Origin: Auanema rhodensis
Taxonomy: Eukaryota > Animalia > Nematoda
Length of the DNA: 64,000 bases
Reading direction: 5' to 3'
NCBI GenBank assembly: GCA_964057225.1
Contig: OZ059900.1
Location: 12,710,001-12,774,000, forward strand
Numbering within the stretch: position 1 is the stretch's first letter; every line of letters begins with the position of its first letter. A model generated the notes under the pieces. That model was given only the letters and a program-made list of their open reading frames with translations. It did no database searches and was not told where the DNA came from. Positions 1 to 15,900 of this stretch are shown here, piece after piece. The position numbers and the translations under genes are program-made.

Positions 1-1522
1 TTGGTTAGCCATTGTTTCATTAACAAATTTAAAAATTCAAAATATTACAGATAATCGTTCAATATTTGTTAAGTCTACTGTACCAATCAAATTGATTGCA
101 ACCAATCAAGTAGTTAATGATTTTTCTGAGGACAAGTTTAGCATTCTTCCTGTAAGTTCGATATACTTTGCAAGTTATTAGATAAAGCCTTATCATGTTT
201 TTATTAAATTATAACACTGCAGATATGTGAACTGGGAACTAGTTACATTGTTGTTGCAGATGAATCTTCAAACTATAAAATGACGCCCCAAAACATTTTC
301 AGCGTTATTGCTACTGAAGATAACACTAATGTACCGGAATAGATCAAATTCATGAACAGAAATAAACAATTTCAGTTGACCATAACTGGTATCACATCTG
401 TTCCTCAAATTCTCAACAAAGGTCAAGTATTCACCTATTCTTCCATTCGGGCTCTTAGCGGATTCACCATTGTTGCAACAAAGAAGGTCGCTGTCATCAC
501 CGGAAGCGTTTGTGGTTATGGTATTTCGAATAAGGTTATATGTAGTCATCAGGTACTTTGAAAGCTAATCATAGCTAATAAGTATTTTACCGGTGTAGGC
601 TACGATGGTATATCCACTCGCTGATTGGGCCCTGAACTATCCGCATTACAAATTTAATTACGAAACGAATAGTGAAGTGTTAGTCTTTATTCAGGTTTGG
701 TTTGCCTCATATAGTCATAGATACTTGAATACTTCTCAGCAAAACGACACTACTATTACAATAAATGGAGAACAGGTCAATAAAGTTTATTCATCTGATG
801 AATATATTACTCTACAAAGTTCGTCAGGAATTTTTGTTACTGGTGATAAGCCCATTTATGCAGTTGTTGTACGTTTGTTAAAATACTGCTGTTGAATCGT
901 TCATATCTTAATTTGGCTAATTTTGTAGGTCGGAACAGTCAATTCAAATGATTATGGTGCTCCATTTTTAGCCAATTTGGTCAGTTCTTCTCAGTTCACG
1001 TCTAATCCCATCATATTTGCGTGAGTTTCTATCTTTAATTTAGTGTTAAAATTGATATATAAACGTTAAGAATAGGAATGAACAGTGATGAAGGTCTTAA
1101 CTTGAAGCATTTTGCTCGCATAGTTACAAAGATTAATTCTATTGGAAATATTGCAATTGACAGCTATATACCTAATGGCTTGTTGTATCGGCGGTTTGTT
1201 TTTAATAATAATATTGCATAATGGTATATTTGTCAGTATGGGAAAAAGCGATTATTATTTCATTGATGTACCTATTGTATCTGGCCAGCATAAGATTGCT
1301 GGAGTGCACGGCTCTGAAACATATGGGTGAGTATCTTCCTCTCATTACAACTAAAGACATTACGAATAGAAACTAATAGAGCGAACATTATAGATCTATT
1401 GTATATGCCTACGGAGATCGCAGATCGTATGCATTCAATCCGGGACTCAACTTAATCTGTTAGTTTCTAGCTTTGTTTATAAAAAATTATTTATTTATAT
1501 TTTAGCTGAAGGAAACTGCTGA
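1..1522 (+). CDS. IgGFc-binding (FCGBP N-terminal-like) domain protein; multi-exon, 5' truncated
   Basis: Spliced exons give ATKKVAVITGSVC, MVYPLADWALNY, TGDKPIYAVV and terminal GSIVYAYGDRRSYAFNPGLNLISEGNC* (stop 1520-1522), resembling FCGBP N-terminal domain motifs. Introns are short GT-AG. Confidence 0.6.
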
Positions 1523-2064
1523 AAATAAAAAGCAAAATGATGAAACCGATATTTTATATTTTGTGTCTAGACTCCCTGATATAAATAGAAAGTTGTTATC
1601 ACTTGAATAAATTATTTTTTAAAGCTATGATTATATATAATTTATATTAAGATGAATTAGCGATAAATGACAGACATTCACATCAAACAAGCAATCGTTA
1701 ATGCTGTCAATCAGATTTTGAGAAGCAATGAAGAAGCTAAGGCTTTATTTGACAAAGGTATTATCAGGTTTGTATTACACAGACTTGTTTCACTCACTAT
1801 TTAATAAAACAAGTTGAGCAAGACAAACATTCGCGTATTAGATAGTAATTATATCATCAATTTTTTTTCTGTTTTAGAACCTATGCGTTACTTTTATCTT
1901 TGCCTACCTAACATATAACAATTTTATCAAACTTTATATTTTTCTGAGCAAAACAAAAATTTGACAAATTTATGAATATACTTGATGAAGGTAATATATT
2001 GTTTTTTAAAGTTATAATAATTATACATAATAGGACAGTGCGTAAACATTCTTAAATATTAACT

Positions 2065-3060
<996 letters not shown>

Positions 3061-5591
3061 TATTACAGGAAATATAGGTAGATATGGAAATAGCAAACGA
3101 GATAGATCAACAGCTGTAAGTAATGAATTGCTGTCAAAGCAATCTGGCTTCTTTGCTATACATTGTTTACTGAACTGGGCGGAGATCGGTAATGGATGCC
3201 TAGTCCTCTCTCTTAGAAGATACGGTAAGTTCTTGCTCATCTCTCTTTTCAATTGTAGCATATCAAATTCGTGACTCTCGAAAGCTTCAATTTTATTTAC
3301 AATGAGATTCACATATATCAATTAAGAAAACAATTCGGTTGTTTTTCAAGAACACTGATAGTAACAATGAATCTAATCTTATATGCTAACTACATATTTA
3401 ATATTTTCATTTGCATGAATTTGTGAAATGAAATAAAGAAGCGAGTTTAGGTCTACAATATTGAAACAATCAAATTATAAACCAGGTTTCTTGAAAGGAA
3501 AAACAAGGGTCTTGGATTATTATAAACTTTTTATTAAGTTTAGGTGAACAAACATAGTATCATTACATTACAAAACAATATCTGAAATAGATTTGAGTAG
3601 CATGATCCACTCTATCACCGTGAGTCTTGAGATAGCTTTCATCTCATGTATTTAATTGAACTGAATGATAGCTAATATATCTTGTTTGTATACAAATATT
3701 TTTCCTTCTATATCTCTAATGTTGTCCCGAAATTTTATATTTCTTCAATTTAAACAATTGATGATTTTCGTAATGATGATCTTTCTGAATGTTGATTTTC
3801 TTGTCTTGTTGTTAGCTCTCAAATTCAATGATGTACTTATTTGATTACACATCAGTATCCTCGTTATTTAATCGCTTCGTATTCTCTATTTTATTTCTTC
3901 ATTTTTTTCTGGAACAATCAACGGAACGAATAGACTTCAAAATGATCACCAATTGATATCGAACAGTACTCAGTTGAATGATTAAGTGCTTTATAAAAAG
4001 AATTTTTTATACTATTATGTATATATTGTAATTTCATTTTCTCACAGTAAATTTATTAAATTTATCTGAATTTAAATTTCTATAATAAAACAAATTCGAA
4101 GCAGCAGTAATATGTAGTCTTATCTGTATTGTATAGAAGAGATATTAATACAAAGACGAGCAACCATATGAATTACCAAAATATTAAGCAATCCACATTA
4201 AAAGGTTTTATAAGCATTTACATACCATCTATCCCATCATTTGCTCTTTCTCAAATTTCTTCTAAGTCATCTCTTTCTATCACGTTTTTCCTATTTTCTT
4301 ATGCCCTATCGGTTTACTTCAACAACTTTGACGAAATTCTTCTTGGAGAATTAAATGTAAGAATGGGCAAACACAAATAATTGAGCCGCAAACATTTGAA
4401 TGGATTCTCGGATAGCTATCACATTGCAATTTGTCAGACCACTGATTTCTGTTCGATGCTTTCACTTTGTATATTGCGCAAAATAAAAGGGACATTATTT
4501 CATTTTATAAAAATGTTTAAATTTATTCAAGCTTTTAAGTGAAAATGTCTGCACTAATTAAGCTTTTTGATTCAGAGAAATTTGTTGTATTGCCACTGTT
4601 TATATTTATTTTCGTAGGATAAAATGTATTAGTTTCAATGAGCAAGCAGTATTAAAACAAAAACTTATTTAGCGACTTATTTGGATATCATCAATGAAAA
4701 GATAGGAATTTATCTCTTTTCTTATACAAAACAAGTGGTTAAGTACTTGAGCGATCGCATTGTCGGACATGTAGTAGGCTCTTGTCGGTTAATCTGTCAT
4801 ACTCTATGTCATTTGAAGCAAACGAAGAAAAATATAAAGAGCAAACGATCTTGTTGACCTCCATACTTTTCATTTTCTTTTCATCATCGGTTTTGTGTCA
4901 ACAAATGTTCTACTACCGCAATGCAATAAAGCTATGCTCTCTCTCATGTATCTGTGGCTGTTGAGCATTATGTATATATGCATATACATATATAAATATA
5001 TATGTCGCATAGCCCGCTAATCCGTGTCCATCAATTCATACTATCAATTTTCAGATTAATTTCGTATAAATAAACAAATATAAACATATATATTTTTTAA
5101 GGCACAAATTCTCATAGTAATTATGAAAATACCATTTTTTTTGGTTTATTAATTTCTTAAACAATGCAGATGTTGCTACTAATAAACAATTGTATTAGTT
5201 TTGCAGAACTGAACATAGTTCTGAAACTCTGTACCCAACAACAACGTTTCATGAAAAGACCTTGCTTTCTAGCAATAAACTTTTTAAAAAATGATCAAAA
5301 CTTATTAGTTTGCGAAAAGTGATAATGATGAATTTTATTCGAAGAATGAACAAATGTACTTTGAACAAATAGACTACAAAATAGTCATTAACTATTGATT
5401 AAGATTGATAGCAAAGATTGTCATGGTAAACAAAAAGCTCGAAAGGTAAATTGTTCTTATATTATGCTAGCTATCACATGCTATATATTCTAATATACTG
5501 TTTTTTCTCTAATTTATATATATTTTCTCACTATCTGCTCATACGTAACAATAGAAAATGCCATTGAATATATAGATTTATTCTCAGAAAG

Positions 5592-6675
5592 ATGGCTGAA
5601 TCATATATTGAGAGTAATATACAAAACAATGTGTTGTGGATTACTTTGAAAAGGGATAATCGCCTTAATTCTATTAACACTGTTGTGAGTATTCTTATTT
5701 ATGATTTGAATGTTAATGCAAAATTGTTGGCAGATGTATAACACATTGACTCAAACACTTCAAAACGCTAACGACAACGAAAAAATCACTTTAACTGTAA
5801 TCAAAGGTTTGTGGGTTAACTGATGCTGCGAAATGATATCATTTCATTTTCAGCGGAAGGAAGATATTATTCAGCTGGAAGTGACTTTTCTATGGATGAA
5901 ATGTGTAATTTGTATCAATTTCCGAATAACACAAATTTAAAATAATTATTTCATACTCAGGTCCGAATCGGATGAAACACCAGCGTACTATAACTTTGTG
6001 AATGCTATTATCGAGCATGAGAAACCTATTGTTGCACTAGTGCATGGCCCTGCTGTTGGCATCGCAGTTACTACTCTTGGATTATTTGATGCTGTGATTG
6101 CTTCTGATGCAGTATTAAATAATAAATAAAACAGCAAGTAAGATATTATAATAGGCAACATTTTGGTGTCCATTCACTTCACTTGGATTATGCCCCGAAG
6201 CAGCTAGTAGTTACACATTTATACAGAATATGGGATATACCAAAGTGATTTAAGTCTTTTTTCGGCAGATATTTGCAAATTTTCCAGGCTGCCAAGATGC
6301 TATTATTCGCCGAGAAACTGACTGCAACTGAGGCATTCAATGACGGATTAGTGTCCACGGTGGGATGAAAGAGGTCATTACTTTTATACTAAAGTTCATC
6401 TAGGTTATACCTGATAAAAACTTTCTACAAGAGTCCAGAAACTTGATTGACAAGTACAGTAAATTATCCAGAGAGGTAACACAGTAGAATTCGACAACTG
6501 CAATCAAATGCATGTTCAGAGTTTATTAGTTAGTAAATCTCTGCTCAGACAACACAGAAAAATTGAGAAACTGCGCGATATTAACGGTGCCGAGTTGAAT
6601 GCCTTACTCAAACAAATGAAAAGCAGCGAAACAATACACCGTTTACTACAAAAATTCGACAAGTCGAAATTGTAA
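5592..6675 (+). CDS. Peroxisomal delta3,delta2-enoyl-CoA isomerase (crotonase fold, ECI2-like, no ACBP domain)
   Basis: Motifs [30 protein letters not shown] and [18 protein letters not shown]-terminus ...FDKSKL* is a canonical PTS1. TTCTCAG acceptor lies just before the ATG. Confidence 0.88.
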
Positions 6676-6870
6676 TATTGAAAACGACATTAATGTATTA
6701 GTGTTCGCTTTTCATGAATATTATTGATTAATTTGTCTGAACAATAAAATTTTCTGTATTTTATTGTATGTATATGTCAATTTAAGTTATTTTAACAGTT
6801 TCAAGATTTTTTTTGTTATTGTAATTATAAATATAATTTTTATTTCTCTTCATTTTAAAATCAATCAGCT

Positions 6871-9800
6871 CTACTTAATACTAGGCAGAGGTTGCACTGA
6901 AATATGAAAAATGGTACTTAAATGTATCACATTCGATAAATCTTACCATTAGAGTTTTTGTAATTGTACTGCATACTCTCGCTATTCGAATTATCTTTCT
7001 TAGACTTATCAGATAATTGAGGCAGAGAAATATTGTCACTTTTTTTGTTTGCACCATTCAATTTGAGATCTCTACAACATTTTCAGTTAAACTTAAGAAT
7101 GGAATTTTAATAGTAGTGCTTTTCTAACTACTAAAAAACTGACTTTTTGGATGAAGAGGCTATTCGTGGAAGTAACATAGAGTTCCAAGATTCAGTTTGC
7201 GTCTTTATCCCGCGTAGAGAGTATAGATGATAATGGAAATGATTTTTCATAGCGTGATATTCTTTTTCTAACAGCTCTCGATCTTTTTCTACGTAAAAGA
7301 GATAATAGATATGTTTTTTTTAAGTTTAAACCTACCTTCCAAGCCACCTCTAATTAGTTTATCAGCAATAATTTCATACTTGTGGAGTTTGAGCATAGAA
7401 TTATCCGTCTTCTCCAACATTATAGATTTTAGAGCCAAATCATTTACGGCTGTCATTTCTTAAAAAAAAACTTATATAACTTAGATTTGTTGATTAAACA
7501 GATAAGTGCAAGTGTTCAACACTCCCAATAATAATGGATTTTTGCAATTGCCTAATTGAAATGTAGAACCTACTTTCTGCACGAATATTAGACATTCGAA
7601 CCACCAGTTCTATCAATTCTGTCTGTTCTCGAGTTTTTGAAAGAGCTCTCAAACGACTTTCTATCTGTTTACTGCTTTCGTGACCTTTGATCAGTGACTT
7701 TTCTATTAAACCTCGAGATTTATTCAAATCGCTTAATCTTTGTTGCTGAAATACTCATACTTATTACTATACTGCAAATAGATGAACAAGTTTTCTTGAC
7801 CAATACAAAGAGCTAGTTTGCATGAACCGCCAAACTTACACGTTCAGTCAATCGTAAAACAATTTCATTTTTTTATATAATATGAAACTAACAATTTTTT
7901 CGATCTCAGTTTTTAGTTTTTCTATGCTCTCTGCAGTACGGCCATCTCCTTGCTTTTCCCAAGCATCTACTATGCCTTTTTTTGCAGCCAGACCCATTTC
8001 TAGGCCATAAAATTCTTGGTTGTCGATACTCAAGCGATATCTTAAAAATTTTTGTTGTATAACAATATAACAAATATTGGAACCTTAATATATCTAACTT
8101 ATCCACTACATCCATAAATTGTGCTTTAAGTTGGTTGAATAAATTGGAAAATTCATATTTATTCTAAATATGAATTGAAATTGGAAAAATTAACTGTGTC
8201 AAGAAAAAAATAATGTTTTATGCATACTCTAGTCATTCTTTCGTTTTTTCTTCGACTTCCTTCAGTATTTGAAGCATTACTCTGCCATTTATCATTCGAT
8301 ATGTCATATTGTGAAACTGAATCATAAGTTATACAATTTCTGCGTATGTATGAATAGTTAAACTGATTTTCGGCAATACATCATTGCTCTCAAAAATAAA
8401 TAAACTAATATTCTATTTTAAATAATTTAAGTGCTGAAGATTAAAATTTTAAAAAAGCATGTTTGTTTAACCACATAAATACTATCTATTTCTTTTTAAA
8501 TTATCATTTGAATTACATTTTAGTTTCTGCTTCAATTCGTTATGTGTTTTTAAAACTAACATTGGGATGAAGAAGAAGCTTGCATCAATGGTGATCTAAT
8601 TCTATGCAACTTTGCAGCGTATGACATGTCGACAGACGCCGGGCGATAAAGATTTGTCTGAACATTTTTGGTTTTCACCATTTGTATGATTTTTTTTTGC
8701 AATTAAGTAAATTTACGTACTTTTAAAACGATAGTTTTAGCCCTTGCAGCATAAACAAGTGTGTTATATGTTTCTTCGAAATGACCACTTGCTTGTGTAA
8801 CATGAGCAATCATGCATGTCTTAGCATTACCGCCTGAGTTTAACATGAAATTTTCATTTTCAATGGAAAAAAATTCCAAACCTAGAGATTCTTTTAATAA
8901 TCTGGTCAACTTGCTGTCACGATAATTTACAAACTTTGATTTTGTTCCTATAACATGTTCTTTAGTTTTCTGAACTTTTTATTTTTATACCTGAACTTAA
9001 TGAATTAATAACATTGCCAAGTGCTAATAAAGACCGATTTATAGCGGCTCCTTCTTTTAAACGTAAGCCTCGATTCTACAACATGTAAGAAAATGTAAAC
9101 ACTAATTCAAAACTATTAAATCAACACAACCTTTGTATGAGTTGCTCGTTCTGAACCAGCTAAATCAATCATGAATAACTTAGAGTATAACTTCCGTTTT
9201 TTCATTAAATATACCTGAAATTTCTTCTTCGAAATTATTTATCAAATAATTAGCAGCTTGAAGGTTATTAATAAAAAATATTTTATAACAAAACCAATAT
9301 ATATATATATAGTCGTGTTTGCAGAGCCTTGGACATTTAAATTAAAAACACTTCAGAAACCTCTGCTGAACTACCAAGAAAAACAGGAAAATTCCGTTCA
9401 TATATCATGAATGAATTTTTTGTTTTTAAAAAAATAGAAAATACCAGTTATCAGTTTTTTAAATTTTGTTGGATCTTCAGGGAGAAAAAGTGTACAAGGT
9501 TCAGTAAACATGACTATATTTATATAAATGTATACATTTTCTGACAAATATTGAACTTGAGTAGTTAAATAGTGAACTCGACTTGAAAAAAATGGTTATT
9601 TCACTCTGTGTTGTACTATTCAAATTTTTTTCTTTTTGAATCAAATATAATTACCTGAAAAATTGCATGACTTCTGGATGATGTTATGTTGGCTTCAGTT
9701 GCCTCTTGTGTACGTCTCGAATTACCCTCTTGTAACAAATCCATTATCTAAAAACTCCACTTTGTTTTTTATATAAAAAGGATAGTACAGCGCTGAGTTT

Positions 9801-11494
9801 CATCACTCGAACGGATGACAATCCAATGACTTGTACATTTCCTTGCTCATCTTCCATCATTTCTAATGTTCCAGAGTTTGGGTTCAGTAAGTCACGAATA
9901 ACTTCGTTGTAAAGTTCCTGTATGTAAATATATTTTAGCTTATAGCTATTACATATATTGTGAATGTTAACTTGTTTTGAAAAAAAATGTTTGCATAAAT
10001 TATTTGTATTAATATAAGAAAACTTACAAGATAAGATATTGATACTTCGTAATCGGCTACGTTAATATTTTCAAACAAAGCTTGTGTTAAATGGGTCATC
10101 AATCCAGGCACTTCTTTGGTTCCTAGCATTGTATACGTTTTTCCAGATCCTTCAATTGTATTAGCTTACAGTTCAGTACGAATATATTCTATTTTTAAGC
10201 AAAACATTGTAAAAACATTATTTATAGGCTTCTGATCAATTTTGAATCAAAACCTTTCAAAAATGAAAGAAATCATTTCGATGTTTTTGAAAGCTATTAG
10301 AAACATTTCTTGCCTGTTGCACCATATGCAAACACTGTTGCGTTTGTTCCTTTCAGCACGGCTTCTATAATTGGTCCTGTTGTAGAAGCATGCACATCTT
10401 CCTGTTTAATAAAATATATTTTTTATTAAAATAAGATATTCGTTGCAAAAGTGAGAAATACTGATGCCACTAAAGTTACCTGAGTTGCTGAAGGACCGAA
10501 TGCGTAGTCAAATGTAAATTGACGCTCATGCTGGCGATTTTGTCGAAGGACATTTTTATCATACTTTTCTGGATCCACCAGTAGAAGTCTCTGAAAATTT
10601 CTATTTGATTAATTCAAATAACTTTAATTATATATGCCTTTGAATCTAACTGAAAGACACATTGGAAATATCGTTTTTGTTTCTCAGAGTTATTTAACGG
10701 ACGTATACGAACGGCAACCTGTAATAAAAGTAATATCATGGGTTTTTTTTTGCAGAATTTTCATTGTGGTTCTTTTTTATGCAACATTTTCTAAAAATGA
10801 TGCTAGAGACTTCTTTTTATTTTTTTAAGTGACGCAAGTCTATCGAAATTTTAAAGAAATGCAAAAATTGCACTAAACAAAAATCTTGATTTTACTTCTT
10901 AAAGATAGTAGAAGACATTAATTTTAAGTTATATGTATATTTAAAAGTTATAAGGAAATTTTATTGATCTTTTAGATTTTTTTCAATTTTTTGATTTCCG
11001 GAAAACTCAGTAACTTGAAAATTTGAAAGTGTCCCATCCGGTTAGTTCATGCACAGCATGTGTTCAAAAATTAAATGAAAGAGGCTTTTCTTTCTATTAT
11101 TTATAGTATAATAGTCCCACTTCGATTTTGTTGCGCAAATTTTGGAAGCTACTCCAGTGAAGTAACTTTCAGAATAAAACCTACGAATCATTTCATGAAT
11201 TACGAAATTATAAAACTTTTTCAGAATTATGCTTTTAATCAAATGGCAATAACGATTTTTTTCTATTTCAAGGAATTTTAATCGATAACAACAGAAATAG
11301 GCCCATTTACATTTTTTTAAAGATGAATTTTCACTATCGATAATGAAAAACATCTCATAACTGAACAAAATTTGAAAATTATGCCAAATTTAGATTTTCA
11401 AGCATAGTATGTTCTAAATTTAAAGAACCAACAATGAAGAACATTAATAATTGATAAGAGAACAACTCACAGTCAAGTTAGATGATGAAGACAT
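6871..11494 (-). CDS. klp-13: Kinesin-8 (KIF19/KIF18-like) motor, multi-exon
   Basis: MSSSSNLT|[23 protein letters not shown]-loop [52 protein letters not shown]; ends VQPLPSIK*. Confidence 0.88.
9308..9518. mobile_element. Putative MITE (~210 bp, Tc1/mariner-like) in a klp-13 intron
   Basis: 28-bp imperfect terminal inverted repeats: 9308-9335 TATAGTCGTGTTTGCAGAGCCTTGGACA versus the reverse complement of 9491-9518, TATAGTCATGTTTACTGAACCTTGTACA (23/28 match). TA at both ends; non-coding interior. Confidence 0.6.
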
Positions 11495-12892
11495 TTAAAT
11501 GATTCTTCGTTGTAAGTGATAACAGGATTTAGTCGTTTAGAAAAATTAGAATATGCATAAATAGAGTGAACCACAGTACTTTTCTTTCTCTGACTTCTCA
11601 CGATTATACTGCTTTTCGATCTTTATTCATGCACTCAAACGGCTTTTGTCTGATTGGCTTTATTCTCTCACACTTCTTTTTAACTCGAGGAACTATGATT
11701 TTCTAATGCTCTCTCTCTTTTAATAAGGACATTGGTTTCTATCTTCTCTTGCCAAAATGTTGTTCTGAATGGGAATAGCCAGGTGTTAGCAAGACTTCTC
11801 TTGTTATAAACTGCCTTCCTCCAATACGTTGACAACTTTATTACTGAATATGCATTGATTTTTCCGCACTCCCTTTCTGCTTAGTAACGGCGTAAATAGT
11901 TTTGAATTGCGCGCCAAACAACACGATTCGCAGAGCTATACATAAAACCTCATATTCTAGTGTTGTCTCTAGCTCATATATTCTGTTTTGCCACTTTTTT
12001 CATTTTCATTTTCTCGGTCATAGAACAAAATGGGCGTTGCTCCTGTTACTGCTGGGCTACAAATTCTTTCAATATATTTCGACAACTGGAAAAAATTAAA
12101 GCTTTCATACATTGTGACCAAATAAAATTAGAGTTATTAACATTTTTAAAAAAGTTCTCTGATGTTATCACTATTCGATGCAAATGCAAGAAAAGTGTGA
12201 TGTAGATTGTTTATTAAACGGCTTAAAAACAGCATAGATAAGTATAATGAGTGATCGTAATTAGCTGTTTGGTTCTCCAATATTAATTTCTGCTATATGT
12301 CGTTAACCGAAGCTTGTTTCAAAAAATAAATAAAAACTGCAACGAGAAAAATAAAAATGTTCATGCTGTATTTGGGCAAGCAGCTTTTTTAAACTATATA
12401 TTTCGTGCATTGAATTAACACACTAAACTTACGTTTTCTGTTTTCAGTAGTTTACTCAACACATTCTTTTTCGTTCACTTGATTCAATATTTTATTTTTT
12501 ATAATTTTGCGAAAATTCTCAATTTTTTCCATATTCTCTGATTTTACTATTCTAGTTTTGTTTTCTAATGCTTATTATTCACATGCTGACAACTGTATTG
12601 AATTTCTCTTCTCTTCTCTAGTTGCAATTTCGGTCTATGACACATGCATAGCAAAACTTTTTCACCTTTATTAAATTCATGAAATTTTTCTTCCTATAAA
12701 ATTTGTGAAATTTATATAATCATTATTTCTATTATGCATCCTATCGACACTTAGCACTATATTTTCACTTACTGCTCACTTTAATAGAAATCAAATAAAT
12801 TTGGAATTTACAATTCGCACCCGCTCCAGATATTTGGCAACATGATGACAGAAATATTAACTTGTGTGTTATCATTTAATATACTAAATATT

Positions 12893-12895
<3 letters not shown>

Positions 12896-12947
<52 letters not shown>

Positions 12948-12970
12948 ATGTGTATATATGTATATATGTG
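12896..12970. repeat. Compound (TA)n(TG)n microsatellite
   Basis: Directly visible dinucleotide runs. Confidence 0.95.
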
Positions 12971-15900
12971 TTCAAGTTTCCCTAACTTGATTGCTTCTGG
13001 CAGTTTGCTGCATTTTCTTGGAAGAAAACATTTTGCTGAGCTAGCTTAAGCAATGTTTTTCTTTTTTCTTTATTAAGCCATACGTTATGCATGTTCAAAA
13101 CAACGCAGTTGTATTTTTGTTGCAAGCGTCAAGCTTTACAATTTCTTCAAACTGCACGAGCAAATAATTGTTCTAAAACCACTTTTTTAACATTATGCAC
13201 ATATATATATTTTTTTTAAACAAAAAATATGTATATTATATAATATATATATTAAAATGTTGTTGCAGAGCTTTGATTGAAAAAAATAAAAATAAAAATA
13301 ATGATAATTTGTTGTATCTCATCCAAATACTTATAAATTTTTTTTGACTTTTAGTCCGTGCCATTAAAAAAGAAATAAAATGAATTCTCTTCTCTTTCAT
13401 TGATCGTTTTGCATGAATTTTAACAACTTAACTTTCTCTGAAGTTGCTCTCGAGCAAATTCGATTTCTTTGTTCGTCTCACAGACTAATCCACATTTCTA
13501 TTGCCATTCTTCGAATATGACCATTTCAAGTTCAATATTACGCGATTGTGTTCCTCTTGAGCATTCTAAGAGGTTCAATTATTGACACTACAATCGCTTT
13601 CTATTTCCCTCTCAACTTCCACTTGGGTGAACCATCGTTAAAACAATCTGTTGTCAAAACGAAAGTAAAAAAAATATTCATCTCGTTTTGTTTTCCCAGA
13701 AGTCGCTGGATTCTATTCAAAAATATCTTTAATCTCTATCTCATCCTTATGGGACTTTCTGATTTTTTGTTCGCTTTTTCATATTAGGTCACAGCATGTT
13801 ATAGATTTCAAAAAAAGTAACCACCCAAAGCTCTAACGATTTAGTTGATATTTTTTCTAGGCAAAGTTGCGGTTGTAAGATTCGACAACTGCTATTCTTG
13901 ACAATATGTTCATTATCTTCCTTCCTCTGCTGTGTGCGATCCCTACGAAGATCCACATATGACAAAAAAATTTTGTTGTTGTCGCTCATTCTTTCACTTT
14001 GCTTTCTCTCCGAGCTACAATTCTTTTCTCATTTCTTTCTCTCTGTTCTTTTTTTTTCTTTTTTTTTTCTAATGTTTGTATCATCCTCTATTTCTTATTA
14101 AGAAATGAATTTATTATCAATTATCACCTAAGATGTGCTTGTTTTTTTTATAATATTTGAGTTCTTTATTTCTATTAAAATTTTCCTTTTTTATTGTGTG
14201 AACTAAGGAATAATATTGAATTACATTCTATTCTATATCTAAAAATTTATAATAAAAGGAAACATTGAAAAATTGCATTGTAAATAAAATTAAAAATGTG
14301 TTAAAATAGTTTCTGCCAATTCACAAATAACATTTTATATAACTCTTTCAGAAATTTTACAAATCACTTTCATTCTATATACTACCATTTTGCTTTCAGT
14401 ATATATCGTCTATATCTCCAGCAAAGATGAACAATACCGTTTCGAGAGCATATATAATCGTGAAATGATTATGTGCGTCATTTATGAAAACATTCCTTCA
14501 TTCACAAGAATCTTTTCACTCTTGCGTTTTCAATTAAAGACGTTCAAAAATTAATTCATGTTATAATGCACTCATACAACAGAGATTACTTTTGTAGAGA
14601 ATATAGATTTTATATGTACTGCTAAATAAGCAAGTTAACAATTTTATTTTCTGAAAGCATATCCTGTTTTTTTAGCTTAACATTGTTTTCATCAATGTAA
14701 GTAAGACCTTTGATTGTACAACAAAGTTGGAGAAAAATCTCTCATATACCGAAAAAGCTGAAGATTTCTTGAAAAACTAATGAGCAAAAAAAACTGAAGC
14801 ATATATAAAATGTGTGTGCATAACGAAAAGGAGGCAATATGCGATACACAACCCGGACAACAATCTTTCAAAAACACAATTTTTCAAAAATAATAATGCA
14901 TTCGGGTTTTTTCTATTAAATTATAAATTTTTCTTTTTTTTTGTTTACTCATTTCATGGTTTTGCAAACACAGAATATATTAGTTCGAAGAATACAAAAT
15001 AATTCATGAGCTGTAATGACACAAAGAATATCAAGCACTATTAATAAAAAAATTCATTGGTTATTGAATCTTACATGTTTGAATTCAACTTGTTTCTATG
15101 AAATTGTTCAGCAATTTTTTTTATTGAAAAATGTTTGTTTTTTTTTGCAATTTCTTTAAACTTTTTTTAACATGCTAAGCTGTAATCATACATCTACAAA
15201 TAATTACTTTCGTCTGGTGTCAAAATCTATAGATAAGATCAGAAGTGAAAATTCATTAAATTCATTGCATTCATTATATATATTTTCTTTTATGATTTTC
15301 TCAGTATTCACATTATTGATACAAGTGTATATGCATAGTCTTAGTACACCCTTTTCGTTTTAGTCTTAATGTTAAGAAACAGTGTAATGCTTCCTTCCTA
15401 CTTTCTGAGAAATTTCCTTTCAACAACACTTGAAACTCAAAAAAAAACACTTCCAAAAAATCGGTTAATAAACAATTTATTGCATTCTTTTCATCTAGAA
15501 GAGTGCCCTGCTTGTATTATCACAGTTCAATCAATCTCTACATCTTAATATTTTTTTCATATGTGTTTCTCTCTCTTTCTCTCTCTCTCTTCTAAATGTA
15601 CACTCTTTTCAGCATTTGCGTTTGTTCTGTTGATCTCTATGTATCTCTGCAAACTAAGGAAGCAGATCGATTTGTTCATATTATTTGGCCTATTATTTTG
15701 ACCCTCTCAGAGTTAGAGCGTATTATTAAGCAATATTATTCATGCACATTAACTCAAATCATGTTTTCAAAAACAATTTTGTATATAGATATGTATAGCG
15801 TATTTTAGCGTTTCATCTAGTATAGATTCATAAAAGTATTTTTTTAACATTAAAAGTATTTTTGAATCGTGCTCTTGATCACAATCTTTTTTCATTTTGT

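Noticed and set aside
11875-11888. X-box (DAF-19/RFX)-like site upstream of ciliary klp-13
   Set aside because: Only the AGTAAC half-site is good, with two mismatches to the consensus; not distinguishable from chance.
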